Of a stretch of DNA of 64,000 bases, positions 12,227 through 25,180 are shown piece by piece. The stretch spans positions 49,663,815 to 49,727,814 of the forward strand of contig NC_058368.1 in the NCBI RefSeq assembly GCF_018350175.1, given 5' to 3'. The stretch's first letter is position 1. Every line of letters starts with the position of its first letter. This DNA is from Felis catus. Taxonomy: Eukaryota. The notes beneath the pieces were generated by a model. It was not told the origin of the DNA. It made no database searches and worked only from the letters and a program-made list of their open reading frames with translations. Made by a program: the position numbers and the translations under genes.

Positions 12227-13846
12227 GGTCTAACATGGCCAATCCTTAACTAGAAACACTATGAATTAATCAGGATCGATGATTAAGGAATTCAGGACAC
12301 CCGGTGAGGACTAGAATATATGAATCTCGTAGAAACATGGTATAACTTTGACTACATTGGTGTGAGTGAATGAGATTGCTGATTACTATAGCACTGCATA
12401 AAAGGAACATTGCAGAAAGAGTAACCATACAGAGAAATACGGGAGAAGCTTGCATCCAAATGGAAGCGCAAATTGTGGGAGTAAAAGTTGCTACTATGTT
12501 GGCCAAATAACTTCTATTTAGTGAAACCCCTTGTGTGAAAATTCACAGCTCCAATTCAAGAAAATTCCAAAGCCCAAGATACAATGAAAACCCAAGAACC
12601 CAGTGATAGCTGCAGGTAAGTGTTTCTCAAACTGGTGATCCTGGAGCTCTGGCCATCTGTGTAACTTCTCTATAGAATCTGTCCTTCCTAGTTCCTTCCT
12701 AGTGCCTTATGCAAAGTGGCTGTCCCTGCACTCCCCCACCATGTCCCTCAGCCCTCCTCACCCTCTCCAATAGCCTAGGAAATCTCAGTCACTTTCAAAA
12801 CCCCACCGTGGAACGTGAAGGCAGTGGGAAGTGATTCTCATGCACACAGTTTCTGTATACAGTTCAGGGGCAAGTGTACTGCACAAAGACCTCTGGCCAG
12901 GAGAGCAAATGAGACCCAAAATTCAATCTGCGTTATATTCACCAAGCCATGTGCCCTGGCCTTGTGCTGCCTCAGTCTGGAGGAAAAGGGTCTTTGACTT
13001 TCACAATAAGGCATTGGTTAACTGGCCAGGTTGTACCTACCATTCTCCCTCCAAGAAAAGGGGGTGTCTTTTTCTAATTCTCACAATGCCACCTTACCGG
13101 CTTATAGCACCCTACTAAGGACTATCCGCTCTGACTCCTTGATCAGATATTTCTCCTCTCCTGCCCAAGAAGTGCCTTGTGGCTCTGGTGACATGAATAA
13201 AGAACTCCTCTACAAGACAAAAAACATACACCTGAACCTGAATCTGTTAGCCTGGAAAAGCTAGAAGCTTTTCTATTCCCCCTGCCCTTCTCTGGGCAAA
13301 AACAGCAAAATGAGTTGAGAAAATGAAACAGGACTGGTGGAAAGTGTAAATACAAGAGGGTGTATTTCACAAATAAAATCCCTGTTACAGAACCTATTGG
13401 CCTAACCCAGCCTCTGGATGGAACATTCCTGAGCCAAGCGTCTAATCTTTTGGTCACTCAACATAGCCAGGGAGAGGTTCTATGATGCAAACAGGGCTGG
13501 CTGCTGGTGGTGCGGAGAAGGGTATCTATTCTTAGAGAAAGTGAATATGACCTGGGCAGGTTTACCACAAGAAATCTACAACTGTGTGTCTCTAGCCTTG
13601 AGAGCAATAATAATTTTTATAGAAGTTAAACAACGCTGCCTCTTTAACTTTCCACATTGGATTTTATAGCTTAACTCTTTCAACTATAACTTTCATAAGC
13701 ATCTTTTTCAAGTTTAGAGTCTCATTTTAAGTGTGAAACCAAGAGTTTTATAAGCACTTTGATAAAGGCATATGTGGGAAAATGACTTGGTAATTTGGCA
13801 TGGTTTATGCCTGTTCCCAGTTCCTAGTATCAGGCATACATTCTCT

Positions 13847-13875
13847 AAATCAATCAATCAATCAATCAATCAATC
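13847..13875. repeat. (AATC)n microsatellite
   Basis: Direct reading. Confidence 0.9.
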
Positions 13876-15029
13876 TTAAAAACTAAAAACATTTTCACAT
13901 TGATACCTCATGGTCCTCCAACAGGAGTCCATAAATGGAAAAATGGGCAAACCCTTCACCCAGGAGGCTAGCTTTGTGGAGTGATTCCCTCTGACCGCTT
14001 CCCAAATTTCTCTATGAGCTCTTATTCCCACCTGCATCAGGGAATGATCTGGTCAAATCTGTGATTCCCAGAATGATGTTCAGGGAGGGAAAAGCAAACA
14101 AACAGAAGATTCAGTTAGACACTGACAGAGGAATGAACTTTACTCTTTCCTAGAAAGATTAAGGGACTCTGGTGCTATCTGGTCCCATTTTATGATGTAT
14201 CCCTAATACGCCTGCTTGAGGTAGTGCAGAAGGCTTGGGCTGAAGGGAGTCAGAGATGTGGAGGGCTAAAAGGAAAGAAGAAGGGAAAGAAACATCTCCT
14301 ATGCTCACCAAGACCCCCAGGCATTGGGGCCAGCAGCAAACTCCTTCAACGTTGTAAAAACGCGGTTTGGTAACAGGCACTGAAGGAAAGTGAGACATCA
14401 CAAGGTGTGACAGCAGAGCTCGGACAACACAAATGAAATGAGAAAGGCAGTCAGCCCAGGCTGGCTCCTGTGGAATTCCAGAATTCCCGATGCTGATTTC
14501 GTCTGTGTTCAAATTAGTTTAACACTCATTTCCAATGAATTCTCTGTGTGCCAGGACATTTTTCACTAATCTCCAGGACGTCCAGCTATTCAGAGAAGGC
14601 TCCACTGAAGGAAAGAAAGCACACCCCATGACCCACGTGGGAGCCAGACACCGCTCTCCTCATTTTGGTGGAATCCTCAGTAGCTTTCTTCCCACCAGCT
14701 CAGTGCAAACCCTTTGCAGCTGGGTATTTCCCTACTTGTGAAGCAAGATTGTCTTCTCAGCAGAGCAGGACCTGTTTGATGAATGGTGGCAGAGGGCTAA
14801 GGTGGAAGCGGATTTTGATCACCTTGATTGCAAGAATCCAGGCATTTAAAAGTGACCTAGATGGCTTAACCCTTTCTTATCTGTGCTACACAGTAAATGA
14901 TAGAACAAAAACAACGAAAACTGGGCATACTCTGACACAGAGCAAAAGATAAAATAGGTGATTTGCTCACTGTGTTTGAAGCGCTGTGATCACATTTAAA
15001 ACTACTCTTTGGAAACTATATTACATAAG

Positions 15030-15315
15030 TAGCTTATTAATTCATTTCAGCAAAAAAGAGTCAACATAAAAATATACAGAGTAAAATGTACAAGTCCTTT
15101 TTTTTACCCCTCACACACTCCCAATTTTCTCCCCATAAGTAACCAAATTTACAGTCTTGTGTATATGCCTTTACTCACTTTTCTAAATGCTGAGTAACAG
15201 ATTTTTCACAAAAATATTTTTCTCCCTGTTGTTTTTCACATAAGAGTATATCTTTTAGGTCCTTCTATGTTAGTATATAAAGGTCGGCTTCATCCTCTTT
15301 AATGGCTGCAGAGTT
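15030..15315 (-). mobile_element. L1ME-type 3' fragment
   Basis: ccccataagtaacca...gtcttgtgtatat...catcctctttaatggctgcagagt. Confidence 0.5.
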
Positions 15316-16087
15316 GTTGTGGTTTGATACAGTAGAAGACTATCACTGTGTTGTCATGGCTGAAAAGAACTTTGAAAAGGAAATATATGATTTGCCTGGT
15401 TTTGCAGTGATTTTTTAAAAAATTAAATGGTAGCTTCCAGAGGCATACTTAAACTCTGAAAATATGCTCAGCAAAATGAACCACAGAGCTCACTGCTCCC
15501 AGAGGCAGCCTGGTATGGAGTCTGCTTTGTAATATGGCTGGTCTTTGGTGGGGGCTCTTTGGGTAGCAACTCTTTGCAATACTTCCTTGAAACTGATCAA
15601 GTGCAAACAATTTCCAATCCTGATAACCCTTTACATATAAACTGTATTCGACTTTGACTCTCTGAGTCTTTAATAGAAAGAGAAGGTTGTTGAGAGAACA
15701 AAATAGACACAAGAAATAAAGAAGAGCGGCATTGATTTGTTAGGTTGATTTACCTGACAGTGCTAACTTGCTTTCCATAAATTCTGGAGTGGTTAAGCAA
15801 TCTTTCATTAAATTATGTTGGGTTGATTCGGTTACTCACCTTATTACAACATTGGTCTCTATTTTCCCTTGTGAATTATAACTTGCTTGCTCTAAACAAG
15901 TTAAAGATTCTTTAACCTTTTTGGTAACCAAATTTCAGTCATTGCAGCAGAAATGCATCATGAGGAGTTTTCTAGTAGTTTCCTCTTTTTTTTTAGGGAA
16001 GTAAAATGAGTGTGCAGTTCAAGGAAAAAACAACAACCGTGTTCTATATAGCTGCATTCTATGACACCTCAGGATCCTACACTTTTA

Positions 16088-16314
16088 TTTTTTTTTTAAT
16101 TTTTTTTCCAACGTTTATTTATTTTTGGGGGGACAGAGAGAGACACAGCATGAACGGGGGAGGGGCAGAGAGAGAGGGAGACACAGAATCGGAAACAGGC
16201 TCCAGGCTCTGAGCCATCAGCCCAGAGCCTGACGCGGGGCTCGAACTCACGGACCGCGAGATCGTGACCTGGCTGAAGTCAGACGCTTAACTGACTGCGC
16301 CACCCAGGCGCCCC
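16088..16314 (-). mobile_element. Young cat-type CanSINE (SINEC_Fc-like)
   Basis: CpG-intact; perfect 16-bp TSD ggatcctacactttta at 16072-16087 and 16317-16332. Confidence 0.97.
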
Positions 16315-17937
16315 ATGGATCCTACACTTTTAAGTCGAAGTATATTTTAGCTTTTTCCCAGGAGCAAAGAAGATAATCATTTCATGTCACCTTGTAATGA
16401 ATTAGCACAACTCTTTGATCAATGAAATCAAAGGCTATTGATAGTATTAGCAATATAGATGTTAGATAATTTTGCATTGATTTAATGCCTAAAGTCAATC
16501 AATCTTTCACCATTCTATTTCCTTTCCATTACTCTTGCAGACTTGGATAACATTCAGATCCTGAGTCATCAGAACATCCTCTAAAGAGAAGAGTAGGCTC
16601 CACTGGAGAGTCTAGTACTTTACAGCTACCGCAAGAATGGGTAACTTCACCATCAAAAGAAAATTCTTCCTGCGAGGAAATGTCCAAACTCAAAGGGTCA
16701 TTGCACTTTGAGTTGGCTTTGTTTGTAGAACTTCCCAGTTTCGTGCCTCTTCCAATCTACTTTGGTTACTCAAAGACAATGGTCATCCATGGTGGCAGCC
16801 AGGCTTGCAGCCAGAATTTGAGTCTGAACACAGCTCATGCTCTCCTCCCCATTCCATTTGTTCAAGTAACTTTTCCAGGGCTATGCAGTCAGACCAATTA
16901 TCTTAGAAACAAGCAATTATAACCACGTTCACAGCTCCCTAAAAGGGTGAGTGCATTCCAGTTACAATTGCTCATGAAAGAAAACAGTAATTGAAGGATT
17001 GGCAAGGCTATTGCAATAGACCAAGACCTCTGGAAAGACATTTAATAGCACAAGTGTGTGCCTACACACACATACACATACACACAAGTCCACTTGCTTT
17101 CCCACTAGAGGAATTTCTCCTTTCCACCTAAATCCGTTAGATATTTTGTGGATGGGGGGAGGGGAAATACAGGCAATAGGAAGTAAAATAGATGAAGCTA
17201 TGGTTGGCATTCTGAGTTCTGGTCATGCATTGTTCTTTAGTATCTGTATCTGTTCATCTCTTGCTTACATACTGTTGAAGGGAAGCCACAATAAAATATT
17301 TACAAAATATTATTCCTGTGATAATACTTGGGGAAGTACTTTAGAAAAGGTAAATTGTTCTAATCAACCTAAGGTATATGTAACCCTTTTTGGACTACTT
17401 TTAGTCTAATTCACATATTCATCAATAGAGCACAGTACCAGCTCAACCCAGGCATGGCACTTGGAGGCAACCAAACCACCCCACTTGTCTAGATAGATTG
17501 CACTAAACTGATAACAGCCCCCAGATCTCAGTGTTAACTGAATACAGCACAAACACTAACAAGCACATGCGGCCTATGTGCATGTATTCAAATCCATCTG
17601 CACAATGCTTTGGATCTAACTGCGCAAAGGCCGTTTTTTTAGGACTAGGTAATACATTCCTTGAGGGTAAGAACTTACTTATCTGGGCCTTCCCACGACA
17701 CAGACTCTGCACATGATCTCAGTCAGTAACTAGTTGTTGAATGGATTAACTATCAGACGTTCATGATAGGTTTTCAGACTCGGGACCTCTGAAATGACAT
17801 GTAAATATATGCTTTGAGTGGACTGGTGAAAACATTGTCCACAAACATTTGCCTTTGCCCAAAGGAAAGAAATATATATTTATTATTATTTATGTATAAG
17901 TATTTCTTTCCTTGGGGCAAAAGTAAATGTCTGTGGT

Positions 17938-17940
<3 letters not shown>

Positions 17941-17980
<40 letters not shown>
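17941..17980. repeat. (CA)n microsatellite
   Basis: Direct reading. Confidence 0.95.
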
Positions 17981-17984
<4 letters not shown>

Positions 17985-18398
17985 TGCATACATATTTGGG
18001 CAACAGAGCCACTCATTCCATTTGGTTCTGGAAAACAAGAAAGGCAAACCCTTGTGGGAGAGATGGGAACGTGTGACCTTGCTGCTTTGTTTTTCATGCA
18101 TTCAACCAGAGTATTAGGACCGAGGGGAGACAAAAGGTAATTGAGCTGGGATTCTGGGGAAGCATTTTGTAAGTGAATAAAAGGCCACAGTGATGAGTTC
18201 AGTGGCAGAGGGGGTTTCCAAACACATCTCCAGAGAATCTGGAGTGAACCTAAATAGGAAGGCTTTTTTTGGTCAAAATGCATAAAATGCTAGGTTTAAT
18301 ATTTGTCTCTTCCCTGAGCGTGGGTAACACCGGTGTTCAGCTTGGACGGAAGAGCCCAACCCAGGTGCCAGGGCTCCCTGGGCGGCTGAGCGAGGGAG

Positions 18399-18417
18399 GA
18401 GCGCCATCTACTGGCCA
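18399..18417 (-). promoter_or_regulatory. Candidate CTCF binding site
   Basis: Minus strand reads TGGCCAGTAGATGGCGCTC, close to the CTCF core consensus, in non-repeat CpG-enriched DNA. Confidence 0.7.
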
Positions 18418-21164
18418 CAGGTGCAAGGAGCACCCTGCCCGTCTTCAGGAGCGGAGCCTCGGAAAGAAATCATGAATCGTTTTGTCAAATACGGCTTTTG
18501 GAAGCCAGCTGCTCCAAAGTTAGGATCCAAAAACAAATGACGAAGTACATGCGGTTTCCATCCTCTCCCTCTCGTTCTCCTTCCCCAAATGTCCCCGGGA
18601 AGTACACGCAGAGGAAAAGAAATAGAAATGTGCCCTTAGAAAAGCAGAGTAGGTGGAATTTGGTTTGTCTGGGGGAGAGGAGAAAATGAGGCTGATTTCT
18701 CTTTCTGCAAACCAGGCTTTAGAGAGACTTAAACCCATGCTGGGCTCCATCTCCTCCACCCCTTCTGCTCAGCTAGCTAATGAGGGTGCTGATTAACTGG
18801 GGGATTAGGTGTGACATGGAAGGAAGAGACAATAGAAATGGGCTACAGGCAGGTCCAGCCAGGGGCTGTATTTTGAGCCCCGTCAAACCCTGGACTAGAG
18901 ATGCTTTCAGTCCAAAGTGTAACAAAAGCCCCACCTTCCCCTACTCCCAGATTTCTGCTGAAGGACAGCCCTAGTGTCTCCCGGAACTACTCACAGCTGA
19001 CTGGTCCCCATGAACGTCTCTATAGAGAGGCCTATATCTCCAGCCCAGAACAGCTTGATCTTCACCACCCTCCTTGATTTCCAACCTAGGGAAATTTTCC
19101 ACCATGAGCTGATACACCTTTCCCACTTTCGGCTTAAGCTCCCTTGTGAAGTCCCCACTTCCAAAAAATCCAAAGGACCACCAAATTCTCCATGTCAAAG
19201 GACCCTTAGTATAAGCAAAAGCCAAAATTCACTACAAGACCCAAATTAGGAACAGTTTCTTAGCTCTCGTATTAAATGAATAGAACAATAAATCCCTTCC
19301 ATGAGGTTTCTGATGTGGAACTGTCAATATGAGGAGCGTTTGCTTACACACACTAAGCACAGTGGCATCAGGTTAGCAAGTATGGTGTAAGCAAGATAGT
19401 TTACACCATGACCTCAGTCTGCTCTTCTCCAACACTCCTTCCTTGGTCTGAAGCCAGCACCCCTCACCCACCCAGCTTTTCTGAGAATAAATCTCAGAGA
19501 CTGGTACTTCTTTAACTCCCCAGACAGGATAACTATCTCAAAAAGATGAGAATCTTTCAAAGAGAACCAAAACCACATGTTTTTAAAAGAGGTGATGACT
19601 GTTTCTCTAAAAATGAGACAAGAGACACTGTATTAGGTTGTCTTCATTTTGCCAAATCTTCTTAAAATAATACCAAGAAATAAAGCAAAGAGGCACACTG
19701 CAGATGTAGTTTTCAGCCTTACAAAACTTGGGAGAGGGAGCCATACAATCTAATTGCTTGGGTTTGGCTTTCAAATGACTTGTCATCCAGGAACAAAGTC
19801 TATATGAAAGAATCAAGCAAGGATGATTCTTACAATGGTGATTATAACAGAAAGTTCTAGCACACCTATGACACTAAGACAATAAAAAACACCCATGCTT
19901 TATATGACACAGTGTCCCTTCTTTCAAAAACTCTGCAACGTTTAAGAACCTCATTTTTTAGGAAACTAATTCTTGGCTATCTCTAGCAGAGTCACTTAAT
20001 GAAGCAACACCTAAATATTGACGTGTGTGCAGTGATGTTGCTAAATGGGGGTGTGGGCCAGCAGGAAGGAGGGAAATGTGTTCTGATGTATGTGTCCATA
20101 TGCGTTATTTTTGTGATAACCACACCTCTCTTGTTAAAGTATCAGCTCCTCCTAGAGAGAAAGACTTTTTCTTCCTACCCCATGGTTTAGGCCCCTAAAG
20201 TAGTACTTTCTGGAGGGCAGAAGCTCAGCAATGCCTTATTCTAGCCAGCTCAAAGTGCCCAATTTCTAAGCAAATCCATACTCAGGAAAAAAGCATAACA
20301 ACAACCCTGTTGGCTCATGAGGCACTGAAATGACCATCTCAGGCTCAGAATAAGGTAGCTCACGAGCAAGCACAGAACAACTGCTTGCATTTAGGACCTG
20401 GATCCCCAGGCAGTTCTTCTCTGTGGTCCGGGAATCCCCTTACCAACACCCTCCCTATGTTGGCTTTGCCATAGATGGGATTTTGCTATGGGCTTTGTGC
20501 TTAAATTCTGCCAGTTACTCCTGCCTATATCTCAATCGCTCCTGAGCATGAAGTGTTATCCTGTCCTCTTGGATCACTGAACTCTGTTCTTGAATGATGA
20601 TCAGCCATCTGGTTGCCTGGACTGCCAAACATTGTATTCTCTTGTCTCTCTGACTCAGACTGCTGGTCACTTTCATCTCACCCTGATCTCCATGTATGTA
20701 AATGATTACCTGATTTCAAGTGATAATGCTGTGGTTCTTTTTTGCACATCTTTGTGTGACCAAGTGCCTGGGACATAAAAGAGATACATGTACAGTAAAT
20801 GTGGAAAGACAAATGAACAAATTAATAAGTGGATGATATTAGTATTACCTAATTGACATCACCTCTTGGGTGGTTCTCCAGATCCAATTCATCCCTAATA
20901 AGTACACTGTATCCCTGGTGCCAGGCTCTCCTGTCCCCTGCCTTCCTCTTGTAGGTATAAATCTAGAGATAAGTTAGTGTTCCAAGTCTGCCTTCCCAGA
21001 GCCTATGGGCAGGTGTTGAACCAGCTTGTGAGTCTTTCAGAAGTTCCATTCAGTCATGAGAAGACAGCCATACCTCTGATGAGTTTCCAAGTTGTGACAG
21101 ATGAGACACATGTTCAGACCTAACATCCCTTAAGACCTACCATTTTATCTTGCCAACACTCATA

Positions 21165-21345
21165 GAGTACTTACCACTCTGCGCAAGACAACCATTTAAC
21201 CCTTATAATAACTCTATGATTATCATCTCATTAGACCTAAAACAGACACAACAATGTTAACTGCCCAAGGTCACACTGTGGCAGGGCTAAGCATTGAACT
21301 TCAGCAGGCTGACTCTAGAGCCCACATTATTCTCTACTCCACAGT
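21165..21345 (-). mobile_element. MIR fragment
   Basis: gttaactgcccaaggtcacact...ggctgactctagagccc. Confidence 0.7.
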
Positions 21346-21624
21346 GACTCTCCATTCTGTGACCACCCAGTGGCTATTCGACTCACCCTATCAAGAAAGA
21401 AGACAAAGATAATTTGACACAAGTCAAATTAGGAGAAAACTCAAATTTACACCAGAACAAACACACAAACAAACAAACTCGTCTTTAATCTATTCTCTGC
21501 ACCAACGAAATACTATTTAATTCAGAAGTGGGACTAGGCCATGGCATTTTTCAGCTGAGAAGTAAGATTAAAGCAGTAGAGATCCAGAATAAGGGCAGAT
21601 TGGCTTTAAAAAGCAAAATTCAAA

Positions 21625-21882
21625 GGAGGCACCTGGGTGGCTCGGTCAGTTAAGCTCGGTCAATTAAGCTTCCGACTTTGGCTCAGGTCATGATCTCACA
21701 GTCATGACATGATCTCCTGATTCATGAATTTGAGCCCCCCCCCCAACCATGAGGCTCTCTGCTGTCAGCACAGAGTCTGCTATAGATCCCCCTTTCCCCT
21801 CTCTCTCTACCCCTTCCCCACTTGCATGTGCTTTGGCGAGCTCTCTCTCTCTCTCAAATAAATAAACATTAAAAAAAAAGAA
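21625..21882 (+). mobile_element. CanSINE with internal duplications
   Basis: Head, tail and aataaa present; 14-bp tandem duplication at 21640-21667. Confidence 0.9.
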
Positions 21883-22999
21883 GAAACAGAATTGAAAGGT
21901 AGTGATATCTTTGTGGGGGACGTGTTAAGAAAGTGGAGCCTAGGATGACTCCAGTATGCTTAGTGCTGTTAACTGAGTAAGGATGGCACCATTAATAGAG
22001 GTTGGGAATATAGAAATAAGAGTGAGTTTTGACAAGGAAGGAGTGGTGATGACTGACTCTCGTATGAGCTGGAAAACACATAGACGTTAAGGCATGGTTT
22101 GCCTGAAAAGTACAAACACTATAAAGACAGCACCGTTACAAAATTATAAAACAATCTGAAAACATTTTAGATTCATAGAGATTTCCATTTACTTAAAATT
22201 TGATTTTGTTCTGCTTACAGTATCAACCAAATATATCCAGAATGCACGGTATTGTGCATTCTTTCACGATTTCACATTTTTAAACTTACACATGGACATG
22301 ATTATCCCTGCAGTGTTGAGGCCATACTTCTGGCCAAGGTAGTTCAGGAGGCAGAGGCCCATCTGCAATCCAGACTCCTGCTGATCTCCCCCAGAGGATC
22401 CAGGAGACCGGGCTGTGGCAAGGGAATGCCTGCCAGGCAGGCCCCAGGTGTGGGCAGCATGCTCAGATGTGGTCTGCACTTCACCCAGGATGATTTGGGC
22501 CAGCTGGGCCCTGTTCAGAGGGACTCAGGACAGAGACCAAAAATTGATTTAAAGCAGGACTAAGGAATCTGGAGTAAAGGAATCACAGGGTCTAATATTA
22601 AATGCATAGGATGCTCCCTTAAGACTTCAATTGGCAGTCAGTGGAAGTGATGAATTGTTACAAAAACATTAGAAAATTTCTGGGGAGGGACAAGTCAGAT
22701 AATCCCTTTCTTAGAGGAGATATTTCAGGCCAGTGCAATAGGCTACAGACCCACTTACATGTTTAGTATCATGCTTCATATACAACTCGTCTGTGGAGTA
22801 GCAGTCGATTCTTTGCACTCATTCCATCTCTTGCCTTCCCTGCACCAGGCACACAGGAAGCTCTGTGCCGGGATCACCAAGATCCCCATTACAATCTGTG
22901 GCCACTGCAATACATTGTCAGCAGGACCTACGCTGTGTTTATTCTCATTTCAGCACAGCTGACCTAAAGTGTCTCCCTAATAAGTATTTGGAAGGCTGG

Positions 23000-23135
23000 G
23001 ATTAAACTTGAATTTCAAATAAACCATTTTTTTCCCATTTAAGAACATCCCATACAGTATATAGATATATATGTACTAAAAAATTACTTGTTAATCTGAA
23101 ATTCAAATGTAACTGGGCATCCTATATTTTACCTA
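23000..23135. mobile_element. MER53-like palindromic MITE
   Basis: ttaaacttgaatttcaaataaac ... gttaatctgaaattcaaatgtaactgggcatcctatatttt inverted arms. Confidence 0.75.
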
Positions 23136-23279
23136 TTTTATTCTATATTTAACTCAGTAGGTCTCCACATTGTTTGGTGTTTGGATTTTGACAGCTTTGG
23201 GGCTGAAAAAATCTCTACAATGTGCAAGAGTCCACAGAAGAGGCAAAAAAATAAACTGCTGCTGAATATAATTTTATAA

Positions 23280-23640
23280 AGGACTGGGAAATCATCTCTA
23301 CTTAAACTGTGCCAGAATCTTCTCTTCCTGTTTTCCTGATCTTAATGAATGGCACTACCAATCATCTGCTCTGAAATTCTGGGAACTATCCTAGACTCTG
23401 CCCTTGCCCTTAGCTCCCACCTTCACGGGGCCACAAATCCACCTCCAAACTAGCTTTCAAATTCACCCCTCTCCCTTGGCAGCGCTGCTCCAGCCTCTTA
23501 GCTGAAATACTGCCATACTCTTCTGGGGGGATCTCCACCTCTATCTGACCCTATTACAGGGAGCCTGGAGGTGCAGATCCATCTAAATTCCAAACCTAAT
23601 TGACTCCCTTTGCTTAAAGCTATTTAACAACCTAGTCTTG
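23280..23640 (+). mobile_element. L2 fragment
   Basis: cttaatgaatggcactacca, gactccctttgcttaaagc. Confidence 0.55.
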
Positions 23641-23668
23641 CTCTGCGTCCAGGCCATGTGATGTGCCT

Positions 23669-23875
23669 CAGTGCTGTGCAGAAGGCAGCTCACACAGGCT
23701 CAGGAGAGCCACCTGTGCATGCCTTTTCTCAAGTCTGCACTGGGGGACGATGTTGGTAACTTAAAACTGGTCACGGTAGAAATATTCACACCATAAGACA
23801 TCGGCACACCCTAAAAATCAAGACTTTATTTTTTTTTTAATTGGGAAGTTGATTACTAAATATTTAACAGTCTAG
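23669..23875 (+). mobile_element. MER63-like hAT element
   Basis: cagtgctgtgc start; gttggtaacttaaaactggtcacggtagaaatattcacacca. Confidence 0.65.
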
Positions 23876-23946
23876 GACTGCCTAGGTCTTCTAGGATACA
23901 TTTGGCTACAAGAAAGAGAAAATGCAACCAATAATAGATAAACCAC

Positions 23947-24132
23947 CAGTGCTTCTCAAAATGTGCTCCCAGCCTAGCCTCAGCAGCATCACCTGGGCAC
24001 CTGTTAAAAATACAAATTCTCAGTACGTACCTTAGACCTTTTGACTCTGAAATTCAGGGACTGGGCCCAGTAGTCTATGTATAAACAAGCACTCAGCCGA
24101 TAATGATACCCACCAATATTTGAGAGCTATTG
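23947..24132 (+). mobile_element. MER5A (hAT-Charlie)
   Basis: cagtgcttctcaaa...cagcagcatcacctggg...tttgagagctattg. Confidence 0.8.
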
Positions 24133-24140
24133 ACATAAAC

Positions 24141-24278
24141 CCATGCTTGCAAATGTTAGTGTTTATATACATTAACTGGAGAGCTTGTTAAGACAGATTC
24201 TGACTGGGTGGGCCTGGGGTGAGGCCCCTGCTGATGTCCCTGCTGCTGATTCACCAACCACATTTTTAACTAGCAAGG
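24141..24278 (-). mobile_element. MER5A-like (hAT-Charlie), opposite orientation
   Basis: ggagagcttgttaagacagatt...ggcctggggtgaggccc...tgctgctgat...accacattttt. Confidence 0.65.
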
Positions 24279-24389
24279 GCTTAAACCACAAAGATATTTG
24301 TAATTTATTTAACAAGAGGACTGGAAGCAGGCAGTTCAGGACTGTTTCACTGGCTCAGTGACATCATCACGCACTCTTTCTATCCATTC

Positions 24390-24608
24390 AAGTGGTGTGC
24401 TAATAAATTGTAACAACTGGCTGGGGTTGGGGTACCTGCTGATAAGCAGCATTTTGATTTGCAGCACTTGCCAGTTTCCATGGTGTAAATATTCCCATAA
24501 TAGTTCATTTTAATCTACCAATATGATGCTAACCGGTTCACAAAATCCTTGAAAATGTAACAATCAGATCACATAAGCCAGTATGAGCTGGCTCCAGTAC
24601 ACCACTGG
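24390..24608 (-). mobile_element. MER63-like hAT element
   Basis: TIR-like ends agtggtgtgct / agtacaccactg; internal tttccatggtgtaaatattccca is the reverse complement of the 23669 copy. Confidence 0.7.
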
Positions 24609-24971
24609 ATACAGAGCTGTGATCCCAAGGTAAAGGGAAAATATTATCGGCGGGGATGACGATGCTCTGAGCATGTGAGTCCTCAGCTTTGCAGATTCAT
24701 GGCAAGTCAGCAGTGTTTTATCAAAGGCCTATGGATGAACAGCACATCTTTTTACTGGTTTAAATCATCCTAAACAAATGAGTACTGCCCCATGTTTGGA
24801 AATTCTGAGTCACTATACGAAGAGCTGAGGTGCAAAAGGCCTGTGGAAGATAAATACAGTCTGTAAACTAATCCACTGTACAAATGTATATTGAGTACCT
24901 ACTATGTACCAGGTACAATGCTACAGTGAACAAGACACCTTGAGTACCTTTCTTTAAGGGCTTACCATCTT

Positions 24972-25180
24972 GGGGCGCCTGGGTGGCTCAGTCGGTTAAG
25001 CGGCCAACTTCGGCTCAGGTCATGATCTCACGGTTCATGGGTTTGAGCCCCGCGTTGGGCTTTGTGCTGACAGCTCAGAGCCTGGAGCCTGCTTCAGATT
25101 CTGTGTTTCCCTCTCTCTCTGCCCCTCTCCCTCTCACACTCTGCCTCTCTCTCTCAAAAATAAATAAACATTAAAAAAAA
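24972..25180 (+). mobile_element. CanSINE
   Basis: Full length; degenerate TSD tttaagggcttaccatct/tttaagtgctttccatct. Confidence 0.95.

Noticed and set aside
17774..18283. 169-aa ORF, the longest in the track
   Set aside because: Runs through a (CA)n repeat giving VCVCVC; no homology recognised
24983..25174. Recurrent MAQSVKRPTSAQVMIS-type ORFs (also 3702, 28722)
   Set aside because: Translations of CanSINE heads, not a gene family
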